In this document: positions 26,901 through 39,795 of the stretch, in pieces
How positions within the stretch are numbered: position 1 is the first letter of the stretch
Layout: each line of letters opens with the position of its first letter
Assembly (NCBI RefSeq): GCF_037042905.1
Contig: NC_087245.1
Span: 10,232,001 to 10,296,000 of the forward strand
Length of the DNA stretch: 64,000 nucleotides
DNA from: Lytechinus pictus
Taxonomy: Eukaryota
Direction: 5' to 3'
Position numbers and translations under genes: made by a program
Notes under the pieces: generated by a model
Database searches by the model: none
What the model was told of the DNA's origin: nothing
The model's input: the letters and a program-made list of their open reading frames with translations, nothing else

Positions 26901-28998
26901 TTAAGATTTTCAAGAATTGGGTAGGTTTTTTTCAGCTGCTAAAGTGGGCGCTTTCAAAAAGTTCATGGGGATTTTTGTCAGCCAATTTTTTTTTTGCTGG
27001 AACTTTAATATTTCTGAATCGTGAAAGCTAAGACTATTAATTGATTTTTTGTTATTTTAAAGAAATTTGCTATGATATTAGTGAAACAAAATCCTATATC
27101 TACTCTGTAATATGATTCACGGTAAAATGTCATGATCTATTGACTTTTGATGTCCTTGATACATTTTCAAAAAGAAAATAAATATTGGGAAAAAATGTTT
27201 AGAACTCAATTTTTACATTTTTAGTAGTCATCATTTAAAGGGAAGACAAACATCGGGGTATGTTATTGCGAAATAGATGGATATGGACTATTTTGCCACC
27301 CTGATGGCATTTTTAATATGAGAGGCCAAAATAATGCTCCATTTGGGCTCTCCATGTGCCTCTCGACTGAACAAGGTTAATTTTCTTTCTTCTATGACGT
27401 ACCCCATCCTGGGAACAAATATATGGAATAACCTATTACGAACATGAAGGAAAATCCTTATAAGTGACGAATGTGCAATAATTTTAAAATATGTTTCGAT
27501 TCACTAAGTCCGTGTACAAATCGAACAGAATGAACATTTAACTCTGAAAAGGTTGTCTTGTGAGGGGGAGGGGTTAGTGGGACAAAAGGTAGAAAGGCTT
27601 TACTTTGCTTCCCCATGAAAGCATTAAGATGAAATGCCAAGCTGCCTTTCCAGGCTTTAAAAAAATATATAATTCACCCAATTATGCCTTATCTGAACTA
27701 CATTTATGTCCCTACACCACAAATGAGAGAAATTTAAAGAAAAAGAAGGCAAATATTCAATAAATGAAATACAAAACAAAGGAAAATAAACTTGCACAGA
27801 TAATGAAAAGCGCTACTTCTCATAGGGCACATTTCGTTTTGAAAAAAGGGGGCATTCTTTTCTATAGGAAATTTTAGGGGGTAAGTGCCCCTATCCCTCT
27901 TCTGCCGCCCTTGATTCAATGTACATTTTTCAGTAGGTAGAAACCAGCGAATATATTGGTGAAAATAAAATAAAATGCAGATTTGAACTATAGTTACGTC
28001 AATCTAAACGTCATTTTCTACTTCCAGCTGTAAAAGTGAGTGCAGTCAAAAAGTCCATTGCAATATCTTCCATCCATTTTTTCCCGGAAACATATTCTGA
28101 ATTGTTTAATCTAGGACTATGTAAGAAACAAAATGTACCATGTGATCTTATTGACGAAAAATCCTATATTTAATCTGTGTTATAGTGCAAGGTATGACCT
28201 TTTGATCTTTGATGACCTTGATACATTTTTTTTCTATATAGACTTGTGGAAATTGTATGACTCAGTTAAACCAACAATTTGGGTGGCCATACAGGATATA
28301 TTGGCGCAGGGTTGCAAAGTTAAAACAATTTGAACCATCCATACTCCCAATTATGAGCACAAATGTGGGAGTGGTGAAAATAATAATGCGAGCGCGAAGC
28401 GCGAGCAGAATTTTTTTATATTCGGATGTGAAACTGGACAATTTAAGCACGTTTTAAATAACAAACTGCGTATCTCAGTTAATGGTTATTGTGCAAAGTG
28501 TACCTAGATAATTAACACTACTATTATTATTATTACGAAATAATTTGTGTGTGTGTGTGTGTGTGTGTGCAAATTAGGTAATGAAAGTACTTATAAGTTT
28601 AGGGGGCTTGCCTTTCATATAAGCTTTTTTCGGCAAGTTTAACTCTAAAATATACAAATCATCTAAGGCAGCTTAAATCTTAATTGTGTTAATCAAATAT
28701 ATATGCCTCATTATGTTATATATGGTATTACGTTTTGTAATGTTTACTTTGTCATGCATTTGTAGTATGTACAACATTGTGAAACGGAAGTCAATAAAAT
28801 GAAATAATAAAAAAAAAATTAGGCCCTATTCAGAACGCCCACATTCTAGGTCTAAATCTAAAACCGCGTTTTTAGATTTAGACCTAGAATGTTTAGACCT
28901 AGCATAGACCTTGCATATTATAATCTTTCCTTTTTAATTCTGAATATCAACAATTTCCAGCTTGCGTTATTCGATCAGTGAGATACATTATCCTTTAA

Positions 28999-29934
28999 GG
29001 ACGTTCCACAGTTAAAGTGAAATCCATGTCATTCTCACCAAACTTTGCACATAGGTACTTTAGAACCTTAATATTCGAAATATGCCAAAATTAACATAGG
29101 TCCATGTGCTTGATTTTTTGCTATAGAGCTTCAAAGTTCACCCAAATTGATGTTTTTAAGAATTGCGCATTCAAAAGAATTTGGCATTTTTAGACCGCCC
29201 AAGATTACTACAATGAGTTTAAACCTCTATTACTCAGTCAAAATACATGAAAAAGTCATCAAATTTCGCAAGAGAGTTAATAATTGTATCGTTAGAATGG
29301 AGAATCTATTTATAGTGCTATTGGTTTGCAATTTTAAGTTTAACAGCACTGTCAGTTCTTTAAAATGGCGTAAAAGATAACAAAATCCCAATCTAAAAAA
29401 TGTGAAATTTCAGTAACAAACTACAAAAGTACAATAAATGCTGCACTTTGTTCAAAATCCATGTCATTTTCACCAAAATTTGCAAAGTTGTAGAGGAAGG
29501 TATACCTAAGAGGTACAAACATTAAAAAATAGGGGTTCATGTGCTTGTTTTTAAACTATCAGCATTTTTATTAAAGCAAATGTGCTTTTTAAAACACCAA
29601 AAATGCGCCGAATGCTTTGTATCTATGTGAAGAAAAAATCAAAACCACTCTACCATTTATTCAAACTCGGGGTAATATTCGTGATTCTTGGCAGCACTGC
29701 AGAGTAAAGTATTTTGAAATTGTAGAGAATTTTTTTGGAATGGTCCATGGAATAATTTCATATTTTTAGCTTCATAAAATAACGCATCGGATCTGCAGTT
29801 AAAGTGCAGAAGATGAGAAAAATTAGCTCATACCCGCAGCTAATTAATCACCTGTTCATCCATTGTGACGTCTGCGCGCAGAGTGTAAACTATGCGCAGA
29901 TCATAATGCGCACAAACATAACTGTGGAACGTCC
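28999..29934. mobile_element. Non-autonomous DNA transposon with TTAA TSD (Kolobok-like)
   Basis: Perfect 16-bp TIR GGACGTTCCACAGTTA, with TTAA on both flanks. Confidence 0.9.
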
Positions 29935-30447
29935 TTAAAGGCGCAGTCCTATCAGGTCACTATACCTAGCTATTGAGCGCGCTTCGCACGCCCATTAAAA
30001 GTGACTCAAATTTTTTGCTGGTGCCTCCAATGCCTTGACCCACAATCCGCCACTGGCCTAGATGAGAGGCTACCAAAACTATTCACTTTAAATATACTTG
30101 TTCTTCTCCGTTGCACGCCCCCTCCCCTTCTTCACGTTCTTCTTCTTCTTATCTTGTAAATGATATACAAACTCATTCTAAACATGAAAATGATTATGTG
30201 TTGAATATCAACTTACATTGGAAAGGATGAATCCAGAAGTGTGGGAACCTGAAACATAAAATGAAAAAAAGATATGCATTTTTTGTCTGAAATTAGCATT
30301 TGGACACCAAGCTCGTTCTCAGAAACACGAACAAGTTTTGTTTTTCAGTTTAGTGATGTACACGCCTACATTGAAAAAACTATCAAAATTACGGAAATCA
30401 AGATGGGAATACGTTTAAAGCCTGGATCGGCAAACCCTGGATATACT

Positions 30448-30449
<2 letters not shown>

Positions 30450-30489
<40 letters not shown>

Positions 30490-30600
30490 TTATAAATATA
30501 AATAGAATTATCAGAATAATAATCATGATAATGGTGATGATGGTGAAAGTGATGATAATGATGAGGATGGTGATGGTGATGTTGATGATGATGATAATGA
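30450..30600. repeat. (TA)n and degenerate (GAT/GGT)n microsatellites
   Basis: Seen directly. Confidence 0.9.
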
Positions 30601-31156
30601 TTATCCGGGTAAATAATTTTTACTTACTCTGAATAACTAAGTCTAACTCTCGCTGGACAACGATCCGGGTAAATCTGAACTTTAATAACAACTTCTAACT
30701 CTCGCTAGACAACGATCCGGGTAAATCTGAACGCAAATCTGAAAGCAAACGAAGACACCTGAAACTGAAAATAAAGAAACACTCTGCATTTTTATCTGAA
30801 ATTAACATTTTATGATATTTTTCATATTGTTGAAAGTTTGGTGACACGTCAGAGTGAGTGAGCTCATTCACAAAAACACGAACAAATTTAGTTTTTTAGT
30901 ACGCGCCTACAATGAAAATGGTATCAAAATTACCAAAATCAAATTGGCGCCTGTCCTTACAAATTAGTGTGGATACAAATATATATATATTTGTATCCAC
31001 GCTAATTTGTAAGTACAGGCGCCAATTACACTTTAAAGGAATTATAATATTTGAGATGTTAATTACATTGGAAATACTTGACAAAATACCTGTGTAATGT
31101 ACTCTGAGATCGAATGATGATTACTTGTTTTGGGTCCATTTTGAAGGTGCATTTAA

Positions 31157-31778
31157 AGGGATGGTCCGGGATGAAAATATTTATATCTGAATAAATATGT
31201 TAAAATTAACAGAGCGAAATGCTGAAAATTTCATCAAAATCGGATAAAAAATAACAAAGTTATTAAATGCTAAAATTTATCAATATTTTGTGAAAACAGT
31301 TATATGCACATCATCATGAATATTCATAAAGTGGGCTTATGATATCACATCCCACTTTCCTTTTTCTAATGTTATTACATGAAATCATCAATGTTTCATT
31401 TTTTCATATACATGTATGTGTAAATGATGTGAGTCCATTATGATAAGATAAGCTGCGGCAATAAATAACTAATGCACTTAATCAGTTGTCAATCCAATTG
31501 TTTTAGTTCTTGGTACAAACAATCTTGAATAAACCTAACTTCATATCATAATAGAATACAAAGAACAAGTGGGGATATGATATCATCAGCCCACCTAATG
31601 ATTATTCATAAAGACATGTCATGCCTAGAACTGTTTCATTGGAATAATGCAAATCTTTAAAATTCAATAACTTCGTTATTTGTTATCCGATTTTGATCAA
31701 ATTTTCAGCATTTTGCATTGTGGATTTTACTCTATTTCTTGAAATATGAATTTAATATCTCTAGCTTGGACCATCCCT
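31157..31778. mobile_element. Another copy of the 9530-10116 MITE family
   Basis: TTAA-AGGGATGGTCC ... GGACCATCCCT with the same body. Right TSD lost. Confidence 0.88.
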
Positions 31779-33136
31779 GTGCGAGTATGGTTTTAAAATT
31801 CCATATATTTTGACACTGCTGTACAGATGGGGAGGTTGGGGACCTAGGACCCTCAAACTTTGTCTGACCAAGGGGGGGGGGGGGAGAAGAGGGGGAAGGA
31901 TGAAATGTGATATTTTAACAAAAAATGTTTGTCTATTAAGAGGGTATTCGCTTGTTCCCTTAGCTCGCACACTTTTTTTTTTTCGTTAGACTCTGCATTA
32001 TGCACTATGCAAATAGCGTGAAAACAAAATGTCTGCAGACTATCAGTATATCTAGAATTCTTCCCATGGATGGAAATATAATAATAATAATGATAATAGT
32101 CAGTTCTTGTATATCGCATAACACATTAATGATAACGTCTCTATGCGCTTCCAAAGTACTTGAATATTATTACCCCAGCTGTAGTTAAAGAAGCAGCCTT
32201 TCCAGCGCTCGGCATTTCAAGGAATATATTTCGGCCAGGCACACATTCAACTCATTGATATATAATGTCACTGATAAATTTTCTGATACATTACTAGGCA
32301 ACTAATCTAACATGACCAACATGCCCTTATCGAAGAAATAGGGGTATTCTACAAAAAATGGGAAAGCCCCCTTTCCTACAACGTCGACATAATGTGCCAT
32401 ATTGTCCACACATGAAAATGAATGTTACTCCAGAAATCGAGACTGGGAAACGAATATGCCAATAGGATGCTAGTTTTACCTCCAACTTGGAAAATTGTAA
32501 ATAAAATTTTATATATATATCTATATACATGTATATAATTGTCATTATAATTGCAATCATTGTACAGATACGCCTGAATATCGATTACAATACACATTTA
32601 ATGACCAACATGCTCCTTTCGTCTTGACATTATAGGAATGATTTTAGTATGCATTCATGTCGTCAAGTGCTCTAGCCTCAAAGCTTTTACCATTCAAATT
32701 CTCTCAGTCACTATAAGCTTCCTCGCAAAATAACATCTAAAAGTAAAATACATCAATGCCCTCTTAAAGTATGAGTATAGCAAGTGTATGGTCCCCTTCA
32801 GGGCAATAGAATGCCTAGCCACTGAAAAAAATAAATTACCTCCCTACTTCACCCAACACGAATACCAATACCGTAAAATTCAAATTTAAACTCTAGATTT
32901 GTCTTTTTTAATCGATCAACATAATACATATCCCAATATTTTTGTGTGTTTTTATCGGTCATTCTATTTTCTCTTTATATAGCATCCCCTTAATGATATT
33001 TCTGTGTTATGTGTAGAACCTCGAGTGCAATATTTAATCTTACTATTATGTTCTTATTATATTTGGTTAATTCGTAGGTATATGATTTAATGTATTTTTC
33101 CCTTTTTCTGTTAACTTTGTATGTGTCAGTCTTCGG

Positions 33137-34854
33137 GGCTTATTATAATCACTCGGGTCGCGTTCGCGTTCGAAATCACTCGGGTTTTGGATTTTTTTTT
33201 TTTCGATGCAATTTTTTTTCTAACGGTGTCTTCAATAGGACAAACACACTGGGAAAATAAAATGAAATTGAAATTCTAGTTTCGTTTTAAGCCGGCAAGT
33301 GCCTTAAATAAAATGCACTCGCCTACTGCTTAACATAACAAACAAGCAAATCAGCAATGTGGCTCATCTATCCTAGAATACATCCAGACTTCTACTGTTT
33401 TTATACGAGGACTCCGAGTCGGAACTTGCCATATCTGCCACATCGATATGACATCGTCATTCCCATGTGCGGACATGCATGCCTGCATGCAATGGCCCCA
33501 AGGCGGGACCCGGCCACGGTCGGACACGGCGTGCATCGGTGCATCAGCGCGATGATTCGGAACATGTTATTAAAATGCTTTGGGGAGCTAGCGTTTTCAA
33601 ATCAATTTATTACTATCGTCAGAAATTAACTTAATTTTGATAACCAAGAAGAAATATAAAAGTAGCGGGGTCCGCTATCACCACGAGGTTGAAGAGAAGT
33701 GTCTATCATCATAAAGGAGGTAAGAGAGTAGTGCAGTGATGTCCGTCGGTAATACGACCTTTAAAAGTTCACGGCGGCGTCCGCTATCACCACGAGGTTG
33801 AAGAGAAGATATCTATCCTCGTAAACATCGTCAGAGATAATACCGCGTCTTTCTCCCTGATTAATGCGACCTCTAAATAGCTAGCACCTCAAAAAAATCT
33901 TGAAATATGTTCTGAACGATCACGCACTGTAACTAGAACTACGCCGATATTTTATATCCGATTTTTCCTTCAAGGGGCATGATCGAAGATTGGCAGGTGA
34001 TCGCGCCGATTGTGGTAAAAAAATTTAAAATCGGTTAATTAGAACAGGACATACAATTACGATTTTAAAATTAATTTAAAATCGATTTCCAAAATCAATT
34101 TTAAAATCGATCTAAGATCAATTTTAGATCAGTTTTAGTATTAGTTTTTAAAAGCCCATTCACATTTTTACTGATGCTGACGAAAAGTTAGTTTGGTTGT
34201 CAGAGCATTATTTGTCCTGCGTCTAAATAACTATGTCCGATCGAGGGACCGTTTTAATTTCGGAAAGGTAGGAGAGACAGAGAGAGAGAGAGAGAGAAAG
34301 ACTGATCCCCGTTCAGCTCAACGTATACGTTTGGCACGCGAGCACAAAAAAGATCAATTAAGCACATCACCTGATGCAATGTTTCGAGAATAAGGGAATT
34401 TTTTAGGTCTCCAGTTACTTAAAACATGATATGGCCATTTTATCTATAAAATAAGACAAATTTTATGAGAAATGGACAATAATTAAGAGCAGAATTTTAA
34501 AAGATGTCATATCGATGTGGCAGATATGGCAAGTTCCGACTCGGAGTCCTCGTATAAAAACAGTAGAAGTTTGGATGTATTCTAGGATAGTTGAGCCACA
34601 TGGCTGATTTGTTTGTTTTTTATGTTAAGCAGTAGGCGAGTGCATTTTATCTAAGGCACTTGCCGGCTTAAAACGAAACTAGAATTTCAATTTCATTTTA
34701 TTTTCCCAGCGTGTTTGTCCCATTGAAGACACCGTTAGAAAAAAAAATTGCATCGAAATAAAAAAAATCGCCAAAAATAAAAAACCCCGAGTGATTTCGA
34801 ACGCGACCCGAGTGATTTCGAACGCGAACGCGACCCGAGTGATTATAATAAGCC
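33137..34854. mobile_element. Non-autonomous DNA transposon with TIRs of about 320 bp and an 8-bp TSD (Merlin- or MULE-like)
   Basis: GGCTTATTATAATCACTCGGG termini. TSD GTCTTCGG at 33129-33136 and 34855-34862. Arms nearly identical. Confidence 0.93.
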
Positions 34855-35210
34855 GTCTTCGGACTGTTTTGCAATGTCTTTTCATAATAATCGATGTTTG
34901 TCCCCCAATATTTTCATGGGGACGATCGCGTCTCCCTCCCCAGGACCAAACAGGACAACGATCTTAGGGCCATGTTCTTTTGCATCCTACAGTAACTTCA
35001 TGTTGAGTATCTTATTCAGGAATTTTAAAATGTTGTATATTTACATTTGATTGGAAGGTTCATAATAAACTCTTCCAAATGCAACGTTTCATTTCTAAAA
35101 TTTTATCCCGGTCACCACATTAAATGGGGTTCGTACCATTTGTATTAAACACCTAATTCCCTATCATATTCTGTCTTAACATATACTACAGTACTACCTT
35201 CAAATGTCTC

Positions 35211-35420
35211 TACTCTAAAAAAAGAAATGTTAACTAAACATTTGAAAGGTTGGAGGAGTGACAACATTTTCTAAATGTTGCATTTACCACTTTAAATTGT
35301 TCTACCCAACACTTAAAATGTTGGATTCAGCTTTATACATGTAAGGTTGGATGTAACATTTGGAAAAGGTTGTCACTCCTCCAACCTTTCAAATTTTGAT
35401 TTAACATTCAAATTTTTAGT
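35211..35420. mobile_element. Small palindromic MITE
   Basis: TTTGAAAGGTTGGAGGAGTGACAAC is inverted as GTTGTCACTCCTCCAACCTTTCAAA. Confidence 0.75.
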
Positions 35421-36044
35421 CATCATGAAAATATCGCTCTTGAAAGTAGGAATTGTTTTGCTCGTTCACATGGTTCACTCCCATATAAATAGATGAAACG
35501 CCTGGAAAGAGTAAAAACGCAAACTGCCCTTCTTGTCCCCCTTATTGTGAATTCAAATGCATTCATTTACATGTATAACACCAATTATGGGTGTAGACAT
35601 GTAGATGAAACTGTTATGAAAATTATTTTCAAGCATTTTAAATATATGTGATATTTTTCTTTTAGGTTGCTACGCTCCATCGCATAATATTATTTTTAAA
35701 AAATTGGGGTCAGGGGCGGGGGACTAGGTGCTTGGTCAGAACAGTATAACCACCGACATACAAATATGCTGCCCACAATAGGCCATTTACATTGTATTTA
35801 ATAAACTAACGTCGAAAATTTCTCAATGCCCCCCCCCCCCTAAAAAAAAGTGTAAAACCGCGACTGCTACCATGCCAAGGCTTATGTGATATTCAAGGAA
35901 ACAATTTCTCTTGTCTTTTTGGGGGGTGTTGACTGATGTCCAGTATCAGAACAGGGGCGGCGGAATAAATGTTATCTTTTTCAAAATAAAATAGCTTTTT
36001 GGGGGGTGTAAAAAGGATAAATATTAGCTTAGAAAATCACAACA

Positions 36045-36500
36045 TTTTTGGCTCGCGCTTCGCGCTCGCATCAATTATTGTTGGTAAGGTACTTATCATG
36101 TTCATGGTTACAAAAATGCATAGAATGTCTATTTTCAGGTTGGAATATCACAATTATTTGGCTCGCGTTTCGCACTCGCATCAATTATTGTTTAGTAAGG
36201 TAATCATTCTGATCCTGGTAACAAAAAATGCTTAGAATGTCCATTTTGGAGGTTAAGATATAACAAAGTTTCATATCGCGCTTCGCGCTCGCATTATTCG
36301 ACTGTTGAGATATGTATCCTAAATAAATTCCTTCACAGGTTCCTTATTTGTTCAGTAAATTAAACATTTCAGCTCGCGCTCGCGTTTTTTCTTTGGTTAG
36401 GTACACATCTTTTTCGTGATTTAAAAAAAATGCTCTGAATGTTTCCATGTCTTATTACATGACATGTCCAAAAGTTTGAGCTCGCGAATCGCGCTCGAAA
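36045..36500. repeat. Tandem array of about 115 bp units, reverse orientation of the 21455-22160 family
   Basis: GCTCGCGCTTCGCGCTCGCA-like core at about 36051, 36161, 36276 and 36372. Confidence 0.8.
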
Positions 36501-38406
36501 CATTTCGCAAGGAAGACCTTTTAAAAGTAATTGACCAAAAAGCGAGTTATTCAACTTCAGATTTGAAAAAAATTCCAAACCGCTCACTGGCTACACTCTC
36601 TCGCGGAAAATAAAGCCTAAATATTTAACTTATCTATCAGAAATCGCTTTAAAATCTTTTGCCCAACTCATTTACTACAAAATACACGACTACTTCGTGC
36701 AGATGATCTGATTGTGAACATATCCGTATGCATCAAATGCCCATTTTGACATAATGCCCTTTTGGCTTGCCTACCCCCCTCCCAAACGAAAATACATTCC
36801 GCCGCCCCTGTATCAGAATAATATGCATTTCGAACAGCAGGCTTCAGATTTTTGAGCAGCATTATTATCTTAGAATGTGCTTTCCCCAAATGAAACAACG
36901 AGACTACGATTATCAAAGGGAACTGCACATCGATGTTCCAGGATTTAAGTGATTTGTCAAACACTGCGCATGGTGCGTATCACGGAACTGCTTCTTTTAA
37001 CTCATGAAATATAGACCGAACATGATCGGATTAAAGCAAATAAATACAAAAAAAATGTTTTCAGAGAACAATCACAGTCGCTAGTCAGTGAATTCATTAA
37101 CTATAAGTTAAACCGATGAATGTCCGTCTGTACAGGAGGTCCCGGGCAAGAGGTCTACATTATGTTTCAATTAGCCAGTACATGTGAGAGCCCACATGGT
37201 TGGGTAACTCTTCACTCTCTTTTTTTTAATGAATAATGCAAACCTCACTGCCAGAGCAGGCAACATTGAATTGTTTATAGCTATCGTGTATGTGTCGTGC
37301 CAAGACTCCCCTGCATAGGGCAATGAAGCCCACGAAGAAAGACTACAGCAAGCAAGCACAGAGACGGAAGCATTTTACATAATCTCTATATAGCTGATAA
37401 AGCTACCACTTTGGTGCCACACAATGAATAAATGAAGTGGCATGTAAGACAGCATTGGTTGGTACAGTGGTAAGTTCATGTTTCATTTTATATATAAATT
37501 CTAAGGGATATTTCATAAGAATCATTTCCTTATCGTAAGATGTTTCAAGCCTAACAGTTGTTACTTGATGAACATGATTTAATGATTGAAGAATATGCTA
37601 GTTTTAGATACAAGTTTAAGATATCGTCATACAGTTATTCTGTAATAAACTAATTCATATACAGTTTTATATCCTCAAGCATGCCATGTAACGGGAAATT
37701 AACCCTCACGATATGTTGGTTTTAAGTTAAAAGAAATTGAGAACAGACTGTGTGACGTCATGTGAGCAGTATCCCTATATCATGTAATATAAATTCCATA
37801 TGAATACTAATATCTTTTTTTATTAAAAAGGGGTGATACATCGGAGTAGTTTTACTCGTCGGAAGAATTTCATGACACAAATAAAACCACTTCATTCAAA
37901 GAAAAAATTGAATCGGGGGAATATAATCAGCTATATACGACAATGCGGCTGAGCTGGTTGACTGTGACTCAAAAAAAATCAAAATTAAAAGAATTCGCAT
38001 TATTTGTTTGACGGAGTTTCATCAAGTAACAGGGTGAACTTTTCCTGAAAATGGTTGTCTTATAGTTACATACTATTCCAACGTAGATTCTTACAGGGGA
38101 AGTCTACCCTCAACAAGTCGATTTGGATAGTAGAAAAATAAACTAGCACAACGCTATCAATTTCATTTCAACTAGATTGTCAGGTAAGACAGTTATGGCA
38201 TAAGATTCACCTGAATAATAATTAGAAAATACAAACAATTATGTAGGTTTTGGTGTCAGTATATAAATGATAGAAAAAATGACGTCACCCATTCAGTATT
38301 TCTTGTTTATTAATTGTATGAAATAAGGAATAGTTTTATCTTATGATGAAACATGATTCCTCCCTTAACTTGTGCAATGGAGAGATATATTGTGAAGTAT
38401 ATATGT

Positions 38407-38423
38407 ATACATACATACATACA

Positions 38424-38452
<29 letters not shown>
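38407..38452. repeat. (TACA)n microsatellite
   Basis: Seen directly. Confidence 0.95.
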
Positions 38453-38456
<4 letters not shown>

Positions 38457-39011
38457 TAAAATAAACACAAAAGAAATAATGATTAAATCAACTTCCTCAT
38501 TTGCATATCGATGTATTGAGCTTGTAACCGTTTTGGGTTAAAATGAGCAAAATATTAAAACGTCATAATCTATTTTACATCCGAGTTGGGAGAAATTTTC
38601 TGCCTTATGCTTATTCCCTTTTTATTAATAAGGTTAATGAAATCATTTTTTTTTTGTTCAGGTGGACTTGATGCTATGCCTGAGGTAAGACAAAGTTCCA
38701 GAAACAATTGAAATCCTTTTTGTTGCAAGTTTTAGGGGTCAAAATCATTGACCCGACTTGTGCGCTGTGTGCACACTACAGTTTCCTGATAGCGTCCAAA
38801 AATGGCGCCACGTGTATTAGAATTTGGACCTGGGCCTACGGTGCAATTGAATTAAATTCAAAATTGTTTATTCAAATCAAACAAAAATCGCGACACGAAG
38901 CAAAATATATAACATGACATCAACGAAATTCGGTCAAAGGTAAAAATAAAAAGTTTTGAATTTAACTGATCTGAATTGATATGAATAAAAGGTATAAAAA
39001 ATTGCAAACTA

Positions 39012-39046
<35 letters not shown>

Positions 39047-39213
39047 TTTAGCACGCCGAACGAGATTTTTGTTAGTGTGGTACCATTTTCAAACGGGTAT
39101 GTATTAAAGGGCAGGTATATATAAGAAAAGCATATAGGCATTAATGAAAATTAAGCATTATAGTGATAATAATTTTATCAACAATAATTTATCGATAAAA
39201 CATTCATCCAGCG

Positions 39214-39795
39214 ATGCATCAGTTGTACACACGGTTTGAGCCTTAATAGGCCCACATGAGTCCTGTATACATGTTTCAAAATGGCGTACATTCAGTTAAA
39301 TGTACACATGATTAAATGAAAGGTCTTGGATATCGATGAAATAGACTACTAAGTATACACATACCAATACACATTTGTTATGCACTTTGTAAAGGTATTA
39401 ATATCTTTATTGATACATATAGAACTACAAAGTATTTCAAAATGGCGCCAATTACGGTTCAAAGTGGCGCCACAAATATGACACCCTAATTGTTGCGGAA
39501 TGCATCAGTTGTACACACGGTTTGCAATAATGGGCCTCAACTAATCATATATATATACTAGTCCTATATACATGTTTCAAAATGGCGTACATTCAGTTAA
39601 ATATACACATGATTAAATGAAAGGTCTTGGATATCAAATAAATAGACTATACACATACACATTCTTACGCACTTTGTAAAGGTATCAACATCTTTATTGA
39701 TACACGCATATAGAACTACAAAGTATTTCAAAATGGCGCCATGACCGGTTCAAAGCGGCGCCCCAGATATGACGCCCTTATTGTTGCGGAATGCA
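39214..39795. repeat. Tandem duplication of about 286 bp
   Basis: ATGCATCAGTTGTACACACGGTTTG at 39214 and 39500. Both units end TTGTTGCGGA. Confidence 0.9.
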
